Assembly: GCA_913777295.1 (NCBI GenBank)
Contig: CAJYRU010000185.1
Coordinates: forward strand, 131-64,130
DNA: 64,000 bases
Direction: 5' to 3'
Source: an uncultured Sphingomonas sp.
GTDB taxonomy: Bacteria > Pseudomonadota > Alphaproteobacteria > Sphingomonadales > Sphingomonadaceae
In this document: positions 39,582 to 49,608 of the stretch, piece after piece
How positions within the stretch are numbered: the stretch's first letter is position 1
How the letters are laid out: every line of letters begins with the position of its first letter
Made by a program: the position numbers and the translations under genes
The notes under the pieces: generated by a model
Told to the model about the DNA's origin: nothing
Databases searched by the model: none
The model's input: the letters and a program-made list of their open reading frames with translations, nothing else

Positions 39582-41063
39582 ATGTCGATGAAAAAGAACC
39601 TGGCAAGCAGCAGCCTCTGGTCGATATCGGCCGCGCTGTTCAACAACCTGTCGACCATGATCGTCTTCATCGCGCTGGCGCGGTTGCTCAATCCGACCGA
39701 GTTCGGCATCGTCGCCTTCGCGACGGTGTTCATCGACATCAGCCGCATCGTCGTGCTGGGCGGCATTCCCGACGCGCTGATCCAGCGCAAGGAATGGGAC
39801 GACGACGTCGCGACGACAGCGTTCTGGACCAATCTGGGCCTGGGCGTGTTGCTATCGGTCGCGCTAGCGGCCATCGCCGCCCCGCTGGTCGGCAACAGCT
39901 ATGGCGGCACGTTCGCGCTGGTGCTGGCGGCCCTGTCCCTCGTGCTCATCATCGAAGGGGCATCGGCGGTCCATGTCGCCAAGCTGCGGCGCGAATTCCG
40001 CCACAAGATGATCGCCAAGCGCAGCATGACGACCAATATCGTCAGCGGCCTATTAGGCGTCGGCTTCGCCTATCTCGGCTGGGGCGTGTGGGCGCTGGTC
40101 GTCAGCCGGCTGATCGGCGTCACCGGGTCGAGCATCATCCTGTGGCGGGCGACCGATTTCCGCCCGGGCCTGCGATATTCCATGGAACATCTGCGCAGTT
40201 TCGCCCGCTTCTCCAGCCATATCCTGGGCAGCCAGCTGATGATCCAGGCGGGCGCGCAGGTTCCGGCGATGCTGGTCGGCGGCTTTCTGGGACCGGCGGC
40301 GATCGCCCAGTATCGTGTCGGCTGGCGCTCGCTGAACCTCATCATCAGCGTGGTGATCCTGCCGATCCAGACCGCGGCAGTCTCGGCCTTTTCGCGGTTG
40401 TCGCATGACCGGGCGGCGCTGGCCGGAGGGTATCTGCGCGTGACGCGGACCTGCGCGCTGGTGTCGTGTCCCGCCTTTTTCGGCCTGGCGGCGGTCGCGC
40501 CCGACTTCGTCCCGGTCCTGTTCGGGCCGCAATGGACCGAGGCGAGCTGGGTCCTTGTCGCCCTGTCGCTGATCGTCGGGCCGACCACGCTCGGCTATTT
40601 CGAAGGCGCATCGATCGCCGCCTCGGGACGCTCCGACCTTACGTTCTATGCGTCGTTGTTCGCCAGCATCGGCAACATCGCCGCCGCGGCGGCTGCCGTC
40701 ACCTTCGGTCCGGTCGCGGTCGCGGCGGCGATGACGCTGCGCGCGCACCTGACCACGCCGTTTTCGCTGCGGCTGGTCGAACGCGCCATCGGCGTGCGCC
40801 CGGTCCAGGCGATCCTTGGCATCCTGCCGCCCTATTTGGCGGCGATGGGCATGGCGATCGGGTTGACGGCGGTACGCTGGCTGATCCTTCCGGACGCGAC
40901 GCCGCTGCTGCGCCTGATCGTCTGCCTGCCCCTCGGCGGCGTCCTGTATCTCGGCCTGTTGCTGCTGGGCGGCCGCAAGTTCGTCCGTACCGCGCGCGAG
41001 GAACTCGCCCCGCTGGCGCCCAAGCCGCTACGCAAGTTCCTACAACCCGCGCCACGCGACTGA
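39582..41063 (+). CDS. wzx: Wzx flippase (polysaccharide biosynthesis protein)
   Basis: LARLLNPTEFG, DALIQR, GWGVWALV, FGPQW; multi-TM. Confidence 0.9.
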   Translation: MSMKKNLASSSLWSISAALFNNLSTMIVFIALARLLNPTEFGIVAFATVFIDISRIVVLGGIPDALIQRKEWDDDVATTAFWTNLGLGVLLSVALAAIAAPLVGNSYGGTFALVLAALSLVLIIEGASAVHVAKLRREFRHKMIAKRSMTTNIVSGLLGVGFAYLGWGVWALVVSRLIGVTGSSIILWRATDFRPGLRYSMEHLRSFARFSSHILGSQLMIQAGAQVPAMLVGGFLGPAAIAQYRVGWRSLNLIISVVILPIQTAAVSAFSRLSHDRAALAGGYLRVTRTCALVSCPAFFGLAAVAPDFVPVLFGPQWTEASWVLVALSLIVGPTTLGYFEGASIAASGRSDLTFYASLFASIGNIAAAAAAVTFGPVAVAAAMTLRAHLTTPFSLRLVERAIGVRPVQAILGILPPYLAAMGMAIGLTAVRWLILPDATPLLRLIVCLPLGGVLYLGLLLLGGRKFVRTAREELAPLAPKPLRKFLQPAPRD

Positions 41064-41234
41064 GGCGGATATCCCGGCACGCCAGGATACCGGACCAACC
41101 GTGGATGCGGTATTGCTTGGCCTTGGGGGGCGGCGCCACCGACGCCATGAAGGTTGCAGGGCTACGCCCTTGCGCCACGCAGCCGGTTGCCCTCCCTCCG
41201 GCCGAAGCCAAGCTGCGACCATGCCAACGAGCCG

Positions 41235-41963
41235 CTATACGGGCGCCACGGTGACCGGCAGCTTGCGGTAGATCGCCACGAAGTCGGATTCCCTGCCGCC
41301 GAACGCGCCGAACGACAGCCACCCGGCAAGTTTGGAGGCTATGCGGTAGCCCTGAAACAGGGCGTAGGAATATTCTTTCAGGAGCGCGACCTGATCGCCG
41401 TCATATTGCTGGCCGAAGATTTTCTCAAACCCGGCTTTGTCGAGAAACCGGTCCAGCTCTTCAGCCTCCGCCTTTGGGGAATGGGACACGACATAGGGCG
41501 CATGGCCGGCACGGCCGGCGTTCTTATGTCCCAGAATATGCCTGTAGAATGCGACGTGAAAACGATGCGGCGTCAATCTCGTGATGATCGCCTTCAACGC
41601 CTTCAGGGACGGCCCCCTGATGATGACCAGTCCACCCTCCCGCACAGTCGCCACCACATTCGACAGTGCCAGGGACGGGTCCGGGATATGCTCCAGCACG
41701 TTCCAGAAAACGACGATATCGAACTTCATGCTGCCGAAGTCGAACGTCTGGGCATCCCCGATCATTTTCCGGTCGGCATAGTTGCACGTCGCCAGCGTAT
41801 CTTCTTCGAACTCCAGGACGGTGTATCTTGCATTGGGATGATGCACGAATGTTTGCGGTCCCCCGCCGACCTCCAGAATGTCGACGGTGCCAGCAGAGAA
41901 AATGGCGTCGCGCAAAAATTCCAGATATTCGATCGTCGGAGTTTCGGCCAAGGGTGCTTCCAT
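41235..41963 (-). CDS. Class I SAM-dependent methyltransferase
   Basis: ILEVGGG, KFDIVV, VLEHIPDP, REGG. Confidence 0.85.
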   Translation of the reverse strand: MEAPLAETPTIEYLEFLRDAIFSAGTVDILEVGGGPQTFVHHPNARYTVLEFEEDTLATCNYADRKMIGDAQTFDFGSMKFDIVVFWNVLEHIPDPSLALSNVVATVREGGLVIIRGPSLKALKAIITRLTPHRFHVAFYRHILGHKNAGRAGHAPYVVSHSPKAEAEELDRFLDKAGFEKIFGQQYDGDQVALLKEYSYALFQGYRIASKLAGWLSFGAFGGRESDFVAIYRKLPVTVAPV

Positions 41964-42279
41964 TCGCTAGCAGGAACGCCGGTCACACGCTTCTTTGAGT
42001 TCTGGACAAATGCGCGACCTTCGGATTGTATCCGATGCGTTGACGAACGGTCGAAGCGGGTAAATACGCCGTTTAGTGTATGGCTCCGGCGTGGGTTCGG
42101 TACGCTGGCGACGGCGAAATTGATCGGTGGAGCCTGATCGTCTTGCCCCATGTTCAGCGCGAAGTCCGTCCTTGGGAAAGCACGAATGCCACGTCGAAAG
42201 GGATTCTTTCAGCAACTCTCCAGGTTGTTGAACGGCAAGTGTCGGTCGCACCGCCGCCGAGATATCGTCAGAATAGTGC

Positions 42280-43059
42280 TTACGAACTTTCGTGAAAGTC
42301 ATGGGTCTGGAGATGCCAGACCCCATCGCCTTCCAGACCCAGCGCGGTCAGGCGACCGGTCGAATAGGCGCCGGTATCTATTCCGATCCGATTATCCCGA
42401 ACCGTCGGCTCTCCACCCTCGACGGTATGGCCATGAACGATCACGGCTTCATACTCGCGCATACTGGCAAGGAACGGATCCCTGATCCATAGCAGATCCG
42501 CCCGTTGTTGCCGGGCAAGCGGCACGCCGGGTCGGATACCGGCGTGAACGAAGTAATAGTCGCCGACACGATAGAATATCGGCCGATCGCGCAGCCAGTC
42601 GATGACCTGGTGCGGAACGCTCTGGCGAACGGCTGCCACGACTCCGATGGCATCGGCCGGGTCGACCCTGGAAATGTCGAAACCAAAGCTCGCGAGCGTC
42701 GCGGCACCACCAAAGTGCGCGAACCAGTCACAGGCGCTTTCGCGATCACCGTCGTAGATATCGATCAGCGTAGCTTCATGGTTGCCGAGCAGCACGGTTA
42801 CCCGCGCACTGTCCGCTAGCTGCATCAGCAAGAGCAAAATCCCGGCGGACCGCGCTCCGCGGTCGATCAGGTCACCGAGAAAGACGATCTCCGTATCGGC
42901 AACCGGACGCGCTCGGTTATCGCTTTCCACGAGGCCGATGATCTGCGCTAGCAGGCCCGCCTCCCCATGAATGTCACCGATGGCGTAGACCCGCCGCCCG
43001 GCGGGCACGACCCGGCGAACGGTCTGCTTCGACTCGGATGCATGGTGATGCCGCTTCAC
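42280..43059 (-). CDS. Metallophosphoesterase, PPP/lambda-phosphatase-like (start approximate)
   Basis: GDIHG, LGDLIDRG, LLGNHE, FVHAG, VHGHT, GIDTGA. Confidence 0.9.
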   Translation of the reverse strand: MKRHHHASESKQTVRRVVPAGRRVYAIGDIHGEAGLLAQIIGLVESDNRARPVADTEIVFLGDLIDRGARSAGILLLLMQLADSARVTVLLGNHEATLIDIYDGDRESACDWFAHFGGAATLASFGFDISRVDPADAIGVVAAVRQSVPHQVIDWLRDRPIFYRVGDYYFVHAGIRPGVPLARQQRADLLWIRDPFLASMREYEAVIVHGHTVEGGEPTVRDNRIGIDTGAYSTGRLTALGLEGDGVWHLQTHDFHESS

Positions 43060-43196
43060 TGTCCCGTTATAGCACATGTTTAAGGGCGCACCCAGTCGTT
43101 CGCCCGAGCTTAGGCATCCGCAATTGGTACCATTTGCCGTTCGTCACCATCGCCGTGTGTCGAGCGGCGTCTTCTTCCGTCGAAACGGGCGCGCGG

Positions 43197-45077
43197 TCAG
43201 CGATAGACCGCCGCGGCCACCTGCGGCGCCAGCAGACGCGCGCCCGTCAGGCTCAGATGGTGCGCGTCGAAATACAGCGCCTTCCCGTCCTGCTGTATGG
43301 CGCAGAAGGACGGCGTGCACATCGTCGCCGCCGGATCGATGACCGTGACTCCCCGCTCGCGCAGCGTCGCGATGGTCGGCGCCAGATACGCCATCCGCTC
43401 GGCAAGGGCCGCCGGGCTGACGCCCTCCGCCTCGGCCAGCGCGCCGCGTTCGGCCAGATGGGCGAGGCGGATGCGGACCGGCATCGGGTTGGGCGGCACG
43501 GCGCCCACCAGCACGACCCGCTTGCCCGCCGCCTGCAACGCTTCGACCGTGCGGGTCAGCCCGGCGGGCACCGCGGGGTTCGACGCGATCGCATCATTCG
43601 CCCAATAGCCGGCCAGTACCACCGTCCGGATCTCCGGGCGCGCTTCCAGCCATGCCAGTGCCTTGCGGTTGGCGGCGGCGCATCCGGTCCGGCCGGGCAC
43701 TTCGATGCCCTCTACCGGCGGACAGCTCGACGCGGTCAGTTCGGCGATCGAGCGCTGCCGCGCACCGGCAAGTTCGCCTAGCGCATAGGCGAGCTCGACC
43801 CCGTGGCTGTCGCCCCACAGCGCGACATCGGGTGCGACATCGGCGCCCAGCGTACAGGGCGCACGGGTATCGGGACCGGCACCCTGTTCCCAATGGCAGT
43901 TCTTGCGCCGCGGGCTGAAATCGTTGCGCGCATCGTCCATCTCCAGTGTCGCCGGGGTGAACCGGCCCGGCCAGCCATTGCCGACCATCGCCACGGCACA
44001 GGCTGCCGCGACGACCACCGCCGTCACGCCTGCCATACGGAACAGCCGCGGTGCCGGCACCTGCTGGCTGGAGCGGAACGGACGTTCGACGAAACGCCAC
44101 GACAAGGTCGCCATCACCAGCGACGCGACGACGACCGCCACGGTGCGCCATCCGGCCAGCGGGGCATCGGTCGCATATTCGGCAAAGACGATGATCGGCC
44201 AGTGCCACAGATAAAGCGAGTAGGAGATCAGCCCGATGAAGACGACCGGCCGCCAGCTAAGCAGCCGGCCGACCAGCGTGCCCGGGGCGCAATAGATCAG
44301 CGCCGCCGCGCCCAGCACTGGGGGCAGCGCGGCGAGACCGGGGAACGGCGTCGTCTCGTCATACAGCACCACCGCCGCGACGATCGCGGCAAGGCCGAGC
44401 AGCGAGACGACCTCGCGCGCGAAACGCGGCCGCACCGCCGGCACCGCACCGATCGCCAGCAGCGCGCCCGCCATCAATTCCCATGCGCGCGTCGGCAGCA
44501 TGTAGAAGCTGAAATCGGGCTTGCGGGGCACCAGCACGATGCTGAGCGCGAGCGATCCGAAGAAGATCACCATCAGCAGGAGCTTGCGCCGACGCATGCC
44601 CCAGTTGCGTATCGCGATCAGCAGCAGCGGGAAGAAGATGTAGAACTGCTCCTCGACCGCCAGCGACCAGGTGTGCAGCATCGGCTTGAGATGCGCCGAC
44701 GCGCCGAAATAGCTCGCTTCCGACCAGAAGAGCAGGTTCGATACCGACAGCAGCGCGGCGACGATCGACCGCGGCACCGGCTTGAAGTCGGACGGCAGGA
44801 ACAGCCACACCGCCCCGACCAGCGTGAAGAGCATCACCACCGCCAGCGCAGGCAGGATGCGCCGGATGCGCCGTTCGTAGAACCGCACCAGCGAAAAGCG
44901 CGCTTCGTCGACCTCGCGCGCGATGATGCCGGTAATCAGGAAGCCCGAAATGACGAAGAAGACGTCGACTCCGACGAACCCGCCGAGCAGGCCGGGCACC
45001 CCGGCATGGAACAACAGGACCGGAAGGATCGCGACGGTCCGCAGACCATCGATATCGGGCCGATATTTTCCCGTCAC
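43197..45077 (-). CDS. Acyltransferase_3 fused to SGNH domain (OafA/OatA-like O-acyltransferase)
   Basis: YRPDIDGLR, GVDVFFVISGFLIT, HTWSLAVEEQFY, ISYSLYLWHWP, WGDSH, YFDAHHLS; GTG start overlaps the upstream stop. Confidence 0.93.
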   Translation of the reverse strand: MTGKYRPDIDGLRTVAILPVLLFHAGVPGLLGGFVGVDVFFVISGFLITGIIAREVDEARFSLVRFYERRIRRILPALAVVMLFTLVGAVWLFLPSDFKPVPRSIVAALLSVSNLLFWSEASYFGASAHLKPMLHTWSLAVEEQFYIFFPLLLIAIRNWGMRRRKLLLMVIFFGSLALSIVLVPRKPDFSFYMLPTRAWELMAGALLAIGAVPAVRPRFAREVVSLLGLAAIVAAVVLYDETTPFPGLAALPPVLGAAALIYCAPGTLVGRLLSWRPVVFIGLISYSLYLWHWPIIVFAEYATDAPLAGWRTVAVVVASLVMATLSWRFVERPFRSSQQVPAPRLFRMAGVTAVVVAAACAVAMVGNGWPGRFTPATLEMDDARNDFSPRRKNCHWEQGAGPDTRAPCTLGADVAPDVALWGDSHGVELAYALGELAGARQRSIAELTASSCPPVEGIEVPGRTGCAAANRKALAWLEARPEIRTVVLAGYWANDAIASNPAVPAGLTRTVEALQAAGKRVVLVGAVPPNPMPVRIRLAHLAERGALAEAEGVSPAALAERMAYLAPTIATLRERGVTVIDPAATMCTPSFCAIQQDGKALYFDAHHLSLTGARLLAPQVAAAVYR

Positions 45078-46210
45078 GCCTTGATGCTCCGATAGACCTC
45101 TAGAACATGGCCGGCATGGGTGCGCGGCAGCAATTCGGTCGCGACCGCCGCACGGGCGTCGGCGTCGAGCGCGGTGGCGGGATCGGCGAGCACCGCCGCA
45201 ATCGCATCGGCGAACGCCGTCGAATCGGCATCGCGCGGCACCAGTCGCCCGCCGCCCCAGCGGCGCAGGATCTCGCCATGCCCGGCATCGTCGGTGGCGA
45301 CGCACGGCACGCCCAGCAACAGGCTCTCGACCAGCGTCCGTCCGAACGGTTCGGCCAGCGCCGGGATCGCCAGCACGTCCAGCGCGGCGATGTTGCGTTC
45401 GGGTGGCGAGCGGAAGCCGGCGAACGCGATCCGGTCGCCGATGCCGAGCGTATCGGCATAGACGGCGAGTTCCGCGGCGGTTTCGTCGCGGTCACGGCCG
45501 AACATCACGAAGCGCGTGCGCGGATCGCGCTCAGCCAGTTTCGCGGCGACCTCGACGAACCAGCGCGCGCGCTTGCGCCGCTGGAAATTCGCGGAAAAGC
45601 CGATCAGCCGCATGTCCGCGTCGGGCCAGCGCGCGGTGAATTCGTCGCGCGCATCGGTGAACGCCGCGGGATCGGGGATCATCTCGAACGGGTTGAGGAT
45701 CGCGATCGCACCGGGGATTCCCGCTTCCTCAAGGTTGCGGGTGCACGCTTGCGAGATGCTGATGACCCGCTGCGCGAGACGAACGAGCAGCCGGTCCTGC
45801 GGCTTGGCGGTGATGAACGCCCGCTGGTGATAGACCAGCGGCAGCCCGATCGACCGGGCGGCAATGCCCCAGGACTGCATCGACCACAGGTCGCAGCAGT
45901 GCACGATCGCGTCCGGGCCGAACGACCACAGCAACCGCCGCCGGGCCGGAAAGCGCCGGATGTCGCGCAGCGTCTCGCGCCGTCGAGCCGGCGGTCCGGG
46001 AGTCGTCACGACCTCCAGCCCGCGGGCGCGTGCCTCCTGTTCAACCGTCGATCCCTCGACCGCCAGGATGACCGTGCGCACGCCATGGTCACGCGCCAGC
46101 GCCCCTGCCAGCAGGAAGGTCGAGATATGACTTCCACCGACGCCATATCCCGTAAAGGGGAATAGGATCGGACCGATCGGTTTCGCCAAGGACACCCCCT
46201 GTTCAATCAC
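45074..46210 (-). CDS. Glycosyltransferase family 4
   Basis: GGSHIS, AALDVLAIPALAEPFGRTLVE. Confidence 0.88.
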   Translation of the reverse strand: MIEQGVSLAKPIGPILFPFTGYGVGGSHISTFLLAGALARDHGVRTVILAVEGSTVEQEARARGLEVVTTPGPPARRRETLRDIRRFPARRRLLWSFGPDAIVHCCDLWSMQSWGIAARSIGLPLVYHQRAFITAKPQDRLLVRLAQRVISISQACTRNLEEAGIPGAIAILNPFEMIPDPAAFTDARDEFTARWPDADMRLIGFSANFQRRKRARWFVEVAAKLAERDPRTRFVMFGRDRDETAAELAVYADTLGIGDRIAFAGFRSPPERNIAALDVLAIPALAEPFGRTLVESLLLGVPCVATDDAGHGEILRRWGGGRLVPRDADSTAFADAIAAVLADPATALDADARAAVATELLPRTHAGHVLEVYRSIKA

Positions 46211-46417
46211 CTGCCGGCGGCTGCCCCGATCCGGCGAAGCGGATCAACGCGGCAAGCCCGCCAAACTCGTATCGCAGTGCAACATAAACTTATTTCTGGC
46301 AATGCTGGTATGCGCGACAACGTAGCGGTGTGCGTACTGGCAGCATCCGGATCGCCAATGGCTTTTGCGGTGCGGCGTGCCTAGATACCGCCGATTCGGT
46401 CAGGAAGGGAAGAGTTG

Positions 46418-47551
46418 ATGCACGATCATCGCGACGACGAACCGGTGGTCGATACCGTCGTCATGCCCTTCACCACCGCACAGGTCGGGGGCAGCCATGT
46501 TTCGGGCACGACGCTGGGTGCGAGCCTGCAGCGGGTGTACGGCGTGCGATCGATCGTAGTCGCGCCGGAGGGGGCGGAGGTGCTCGACCTCGCCCGCGGC
46601 CTCGGCATGGAGGGTCAGGTGAGCGGCGACCCCGCGCGCTGGCGGCACCGGCCCGACCGCGACCTGCTGCGGACGCCGGCGCGGGTCGCCATGCTGCGCG
46701 CCCTGCCCGGTCGCCGGCTGGTGCATTGCAACGACCTCGGCGCGTTGCAGGCATGGGCGCCGGCGGCGCGCGTGCTGGGCATTCCGCTCGTCTATCACTG
46801 CCGCGCCTTCGATCGTGATCGCTGGTTCAATCGCCTGGTGATCCGTAGCGCCGACCATATCATCTCGATCGCGCGCGGCGTCGACGCGTCGCTGTCCTAT
46901 CTGCCGGCGAAGCGGCGCTCAGTGCTGGTCAACCCCTTCTCGACCCCCTTGTCGGTCGATTCGGCGGCGGCCCGGCGGCTGCTGCTCGACGATCTGGGCG
47001 TCGAGGACGCACGGATCGTCGGCTTCGTCGGCAATATGTGGAAGCGCAAGCGTCCCGAGATGTTCGTCGATATCGCCCAGCGGCTGGCGACGACCGATCC
47101 GGACCTGCGGTTCGTCGTGTTCGGCCGCGACGGCGACGTGACGAGCGAGCAGATGCGTACGAAGATCGCCGCCGCCGGGCTGACCGACCGGTTCCTGCTC
47201 GCCGGCTTCCGCCTGCCGCCCGAGGCGAATCTTGCCGCGCTCGACCTGCTGCTGATGCCGGCGCTCGACGAACCGTTCGGACGCACCCCGGTCGAGGCGC
47301 TGCTGCTCGGCATCCCCTATGTCGCGGCCGACGATGCCGGCCATTCGGAGATCCACGCACGCTGGGGCGGCGGGCGCGTCCTGCCCATTCCCGCCGACGC
47401 CGATGCCTATGCCACCGTCTGCCGCGAGGTTCTGGCCAACCCGGACGCCGTGCGGCTGTCGATGGAGCGCCGCCGCGAGATCCATGCCGAACTCAGCCCG
47501 GACCGCCACGGCGTTGATGTCATGAACATGTATCGGTCGATGCAGCGATAG
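46418..47551 (+). CDS. Glycosyltransferase family 4 (paralog of 45074-46210)
   Basis: GGSHVS, AALDLLLMPALDEPFGRTPVE. Confidence 0.88.
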   Translation: MHDHRDDEPVVDTVVMPFTTAQVGGSHVSGTTLGASLQRVYGVRSIVVAPEGAEVLDLARGLGMEGQVSGDPARWRHRPDRDLLRTPARVAMLRALPGRRLVHCNDLGALQAWAPAARVLGIPLVYHCRAFDRDRWFNRLVIRSADHIISIARGVDASLSYLPAKRRSVLVNPFSTPLSVDSAAARRLLLDDLGVEDARIVGFVGNMWKRKRPEMFVDIAQRLATTDPDLRFVVFGRDGDVTSEQMRTKIAAAGLTDRFLLAGFRLPPEANLAALDLLLMPALDEPFGRTPVEALLLGIPYVAADDAGHSEIHARWGGGRVLPIPADADAYATVCREVLANPDAVRLSMERRREIHAELSPDRHGVDVMNMYRSMQR

Positions 47552-47585
47552 GGCCGACCGACATCAAATTGAAAGGTGAGCCAAC

Positions 47586-47614
47586 TGCTCCCCTCCCTGG
47601 CAGGGAGGGGAGCA
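47586..47614. terminator. GC hairpin between convergent genes
   Basis: TGCTCCCCTCCC-TGGCA-GGGAGGGGAGCA; resembles one arm of the 2588 repeat. Confidence 0.6.
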
Positions 47615-47698
47615 ATTACGTTGCCGTTTCGGTTGAATGCCGACCGGCCCTGGCACGGATCGCCATTCAAACCTTGATCGTCGCCCGCCCGATCCCGC

Positions 47699-49066
47699 TC
47701 AGGTCGCGAGCGCAGGCGATCGATCCGGTTCGCCGCGCAACGGCCGTGGCCGGCGGCGCTCCGCTTGCCCCTGATAGGCATAGGCCAACGTCAGGCCGCA
47801 GATGATTCCGTACATCAGCACGCCCTCGATCTGCCACAGCGGCATCGTGCTGAGGTTGAGAATCAGGAAGCCGCCATGCATGGCGATCAGCGGCGTCCGT
47901 ACCGGTCGCGGCACCGACAGCAACGGCAGCATCATGGCCAGCCACAGGATGCACACCGCGATCGCACCCAGCGCGCCGAATTCGAAGAGGTAAGACAGGA
48001 TCGTGTTCTGCGCATAGACGCTGAACACCAGTTCCCAGCTATCCGGTCCATGGCCGATCGTCTTGGCTAGCGGCGAGCTGTCGGCATAGGCCTCGGCATA
48101 TTGCGCCCAGACATAGGCACGTCCCGAATTAGTACTGCGTTCCTGGCGCGTGAAGGTCGATACCGGCCGCATAAAGTCGGTCGGGTTGGACGCGAAATCG
48201 ACCACCGACTGCACGCGCGCGCCGAGATCGATGTTCACCGACACGATGACGAGCAGCGCCGCGAGGCCACCGGCCGTCACCGCCAGCGGACGGCTGCGCG
48301 GGCTGAGCGTGCGCAACGGCGCGACCAGCGCCAGCCACAGGATCAGCGGCAGCATCGCGACCGCGGTCGTGCGGTAATTGGCGAGGCCGATTCCGACGAT
48401 GATCGCCACCGTCATCGCCACGCGGATCCACCCGCGCACTTTGGTGGCCAGCGCGATCGCGATCAGCCCGCCGGCGAGCGCGATCGAAAAGACTGATTCG
48501 TGGGTATACCCACCGACATAGGACACCGACCCGTCGCTCTCACCCTGCTTGGTGATGCCAAGTGCGATCGAGGTGACGAGGAAGAACAGCGGCGGCAGAT
48601 AGGCTGCCATCAGCGCGCCTGCCATGCGCGGCGGCGTGACGTCCTGCGCGCCGCGCATCGTGCCGAGGATGATGAGCACAAGATAGGCGAACTTCGTCAT
48701 CTGCTCGACCATCTCCATCGGCACATGATTGACGAAGGCGCTCAGCGCGATGATGGCGACCAGCGCATAGATCGGCACCATCCACACCAGCCGCAGATAG
48801 CGCAGACCGACCATCGTCAGCCCGACCACGACCACCAGGATCGACACCACGGCGTTGATGCTCAGCCCCGCGGCGATCTTCGGCGTGGTGTAGGGAGCAT
48901 AGGCGTCCATCACGAGCCGCAGCCACACCGCGCCGATCACGAACCGCCCGGGTGTCGAACGGATGCGGACGAGCGCGATAATGAGCGGCACCAGCAGTAG
49001 GAGGGTCGTGGGTATCAGGCCGTAGAGCGGGATTGCCCGTTCCGGCATGGTCATCGACGGGTCCAT
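47699..49066 (-). CDS. Wzy polymerase / O-antigen ligase-like membrane protein
   Basis: Multi-TM; NYRT, late periplasmic loop with SGRAYVW...GHGP...AQNTILSYLFEFG. Confidence 0.8.
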   Translation of the reverse strand: MDPSMTMPERAIPLYGLIPTTLLLLVPLIIALVRIRSTPGRFVIGAVWLRLVMDAYAPYTTPKIAAGLSINAVVSILVVVVGLTMVGLRYLRLVWMVPIYALVAIIALSAFVNHVPMEMVEQMTKFAYLVLIILGTMRGAQDVTPPRMAGALMAAYLPPLFFLVTSIALGITKQGESDGSVSYVGGYTHESVFSIALAGGLIAIALATKVRGWIRVAMTVAIIVGIGLANYRTTAVAMLPLILWLALVAPLRTLSPRSRPLAVTAGGLAALLVIVSVNIDLGARVQSVVDFASNPTDFMRPVSTFTRQERSTNSGRAYVWAQYAEAYADSSPLAKTIGHGPDSWELVFSVYAQNTILSYLFEFGALGAIAVCILWLAMMLPLLSVPRPVRTPLIAMHGGFLILNLSTMPLWQIEGVLMYGIICGLTLAYAYQGQAERRRPRPLRGEPDRSPALAT

Positions 49067-49232
49067 GGGATTCTCTCATTGCCGCGGACAGGCACCTGCC
49101 CGGATGCGTATTCCCCTCGCGTTTCGTCGCCACTCATTGGATACGCAACATATTATTTACGCGAAACCGCGATAAACTGCCCGTCGTAAAGCGAAGGTCG
49201 TCCGCCGGGCCTTGTATCAGGAGTAAGCCGTC

Positions 49233-49520
49233 ATGTCCGCATTGCCCGAAATGGAGGCACCCGGCTCGCTGCCGCCGGTGACCGACGCCCCGGTCGTGGC
49301 GTCCGCGCCCAAGCCGTTGAAACGCAAGCGCTCGCGCTCGGCCCAGATCTTGCCGTTCCGGCAGGATGAGGACGTGATCCGCAGCTTCTTCGCCGATACC
49401 CTCGCGCCGACTCCCCGCTACGGGATGCGCGGCTGGGCGCGCGCCTCGCTGATCGCGATCGTCGCTGCCGGTGCGGGCGGCGGGTTCGTCGCCGCGGCGT
49501 CGCAGTTCTTCGAATTCTGA
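49233..49520 (+). CDS. Small hypothetical protein with C-terminal TM
   Basis: 95 aa; AGGAG RBS upstream; hydrophobic tail. Confidence 0.5.
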   Translation: MSALPEMEAPGSLPPVTDAPVVASAPKPLKRKRSRSAQILPFRQDEDVIRSFFADTLAPTPRYGMRGWARASLIAIVAAGAGGGFVAAASQFFEF

Positions 49521-49608
49521 ACCGGCCGGCCCGACCGGGTCCCGCCGCCCGTCCTGCCCCGGATCGGGACGATTCCCCGTCGCCGGTTGCGGCGGACGAA
49601 ACCTCCGG

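Noticed and set aside
41964-42279. Short ORFs between the methyltransferase and the phosphatase
   Set aside because: Atypical codon use and no motifs in any frame; cannot support a gene.
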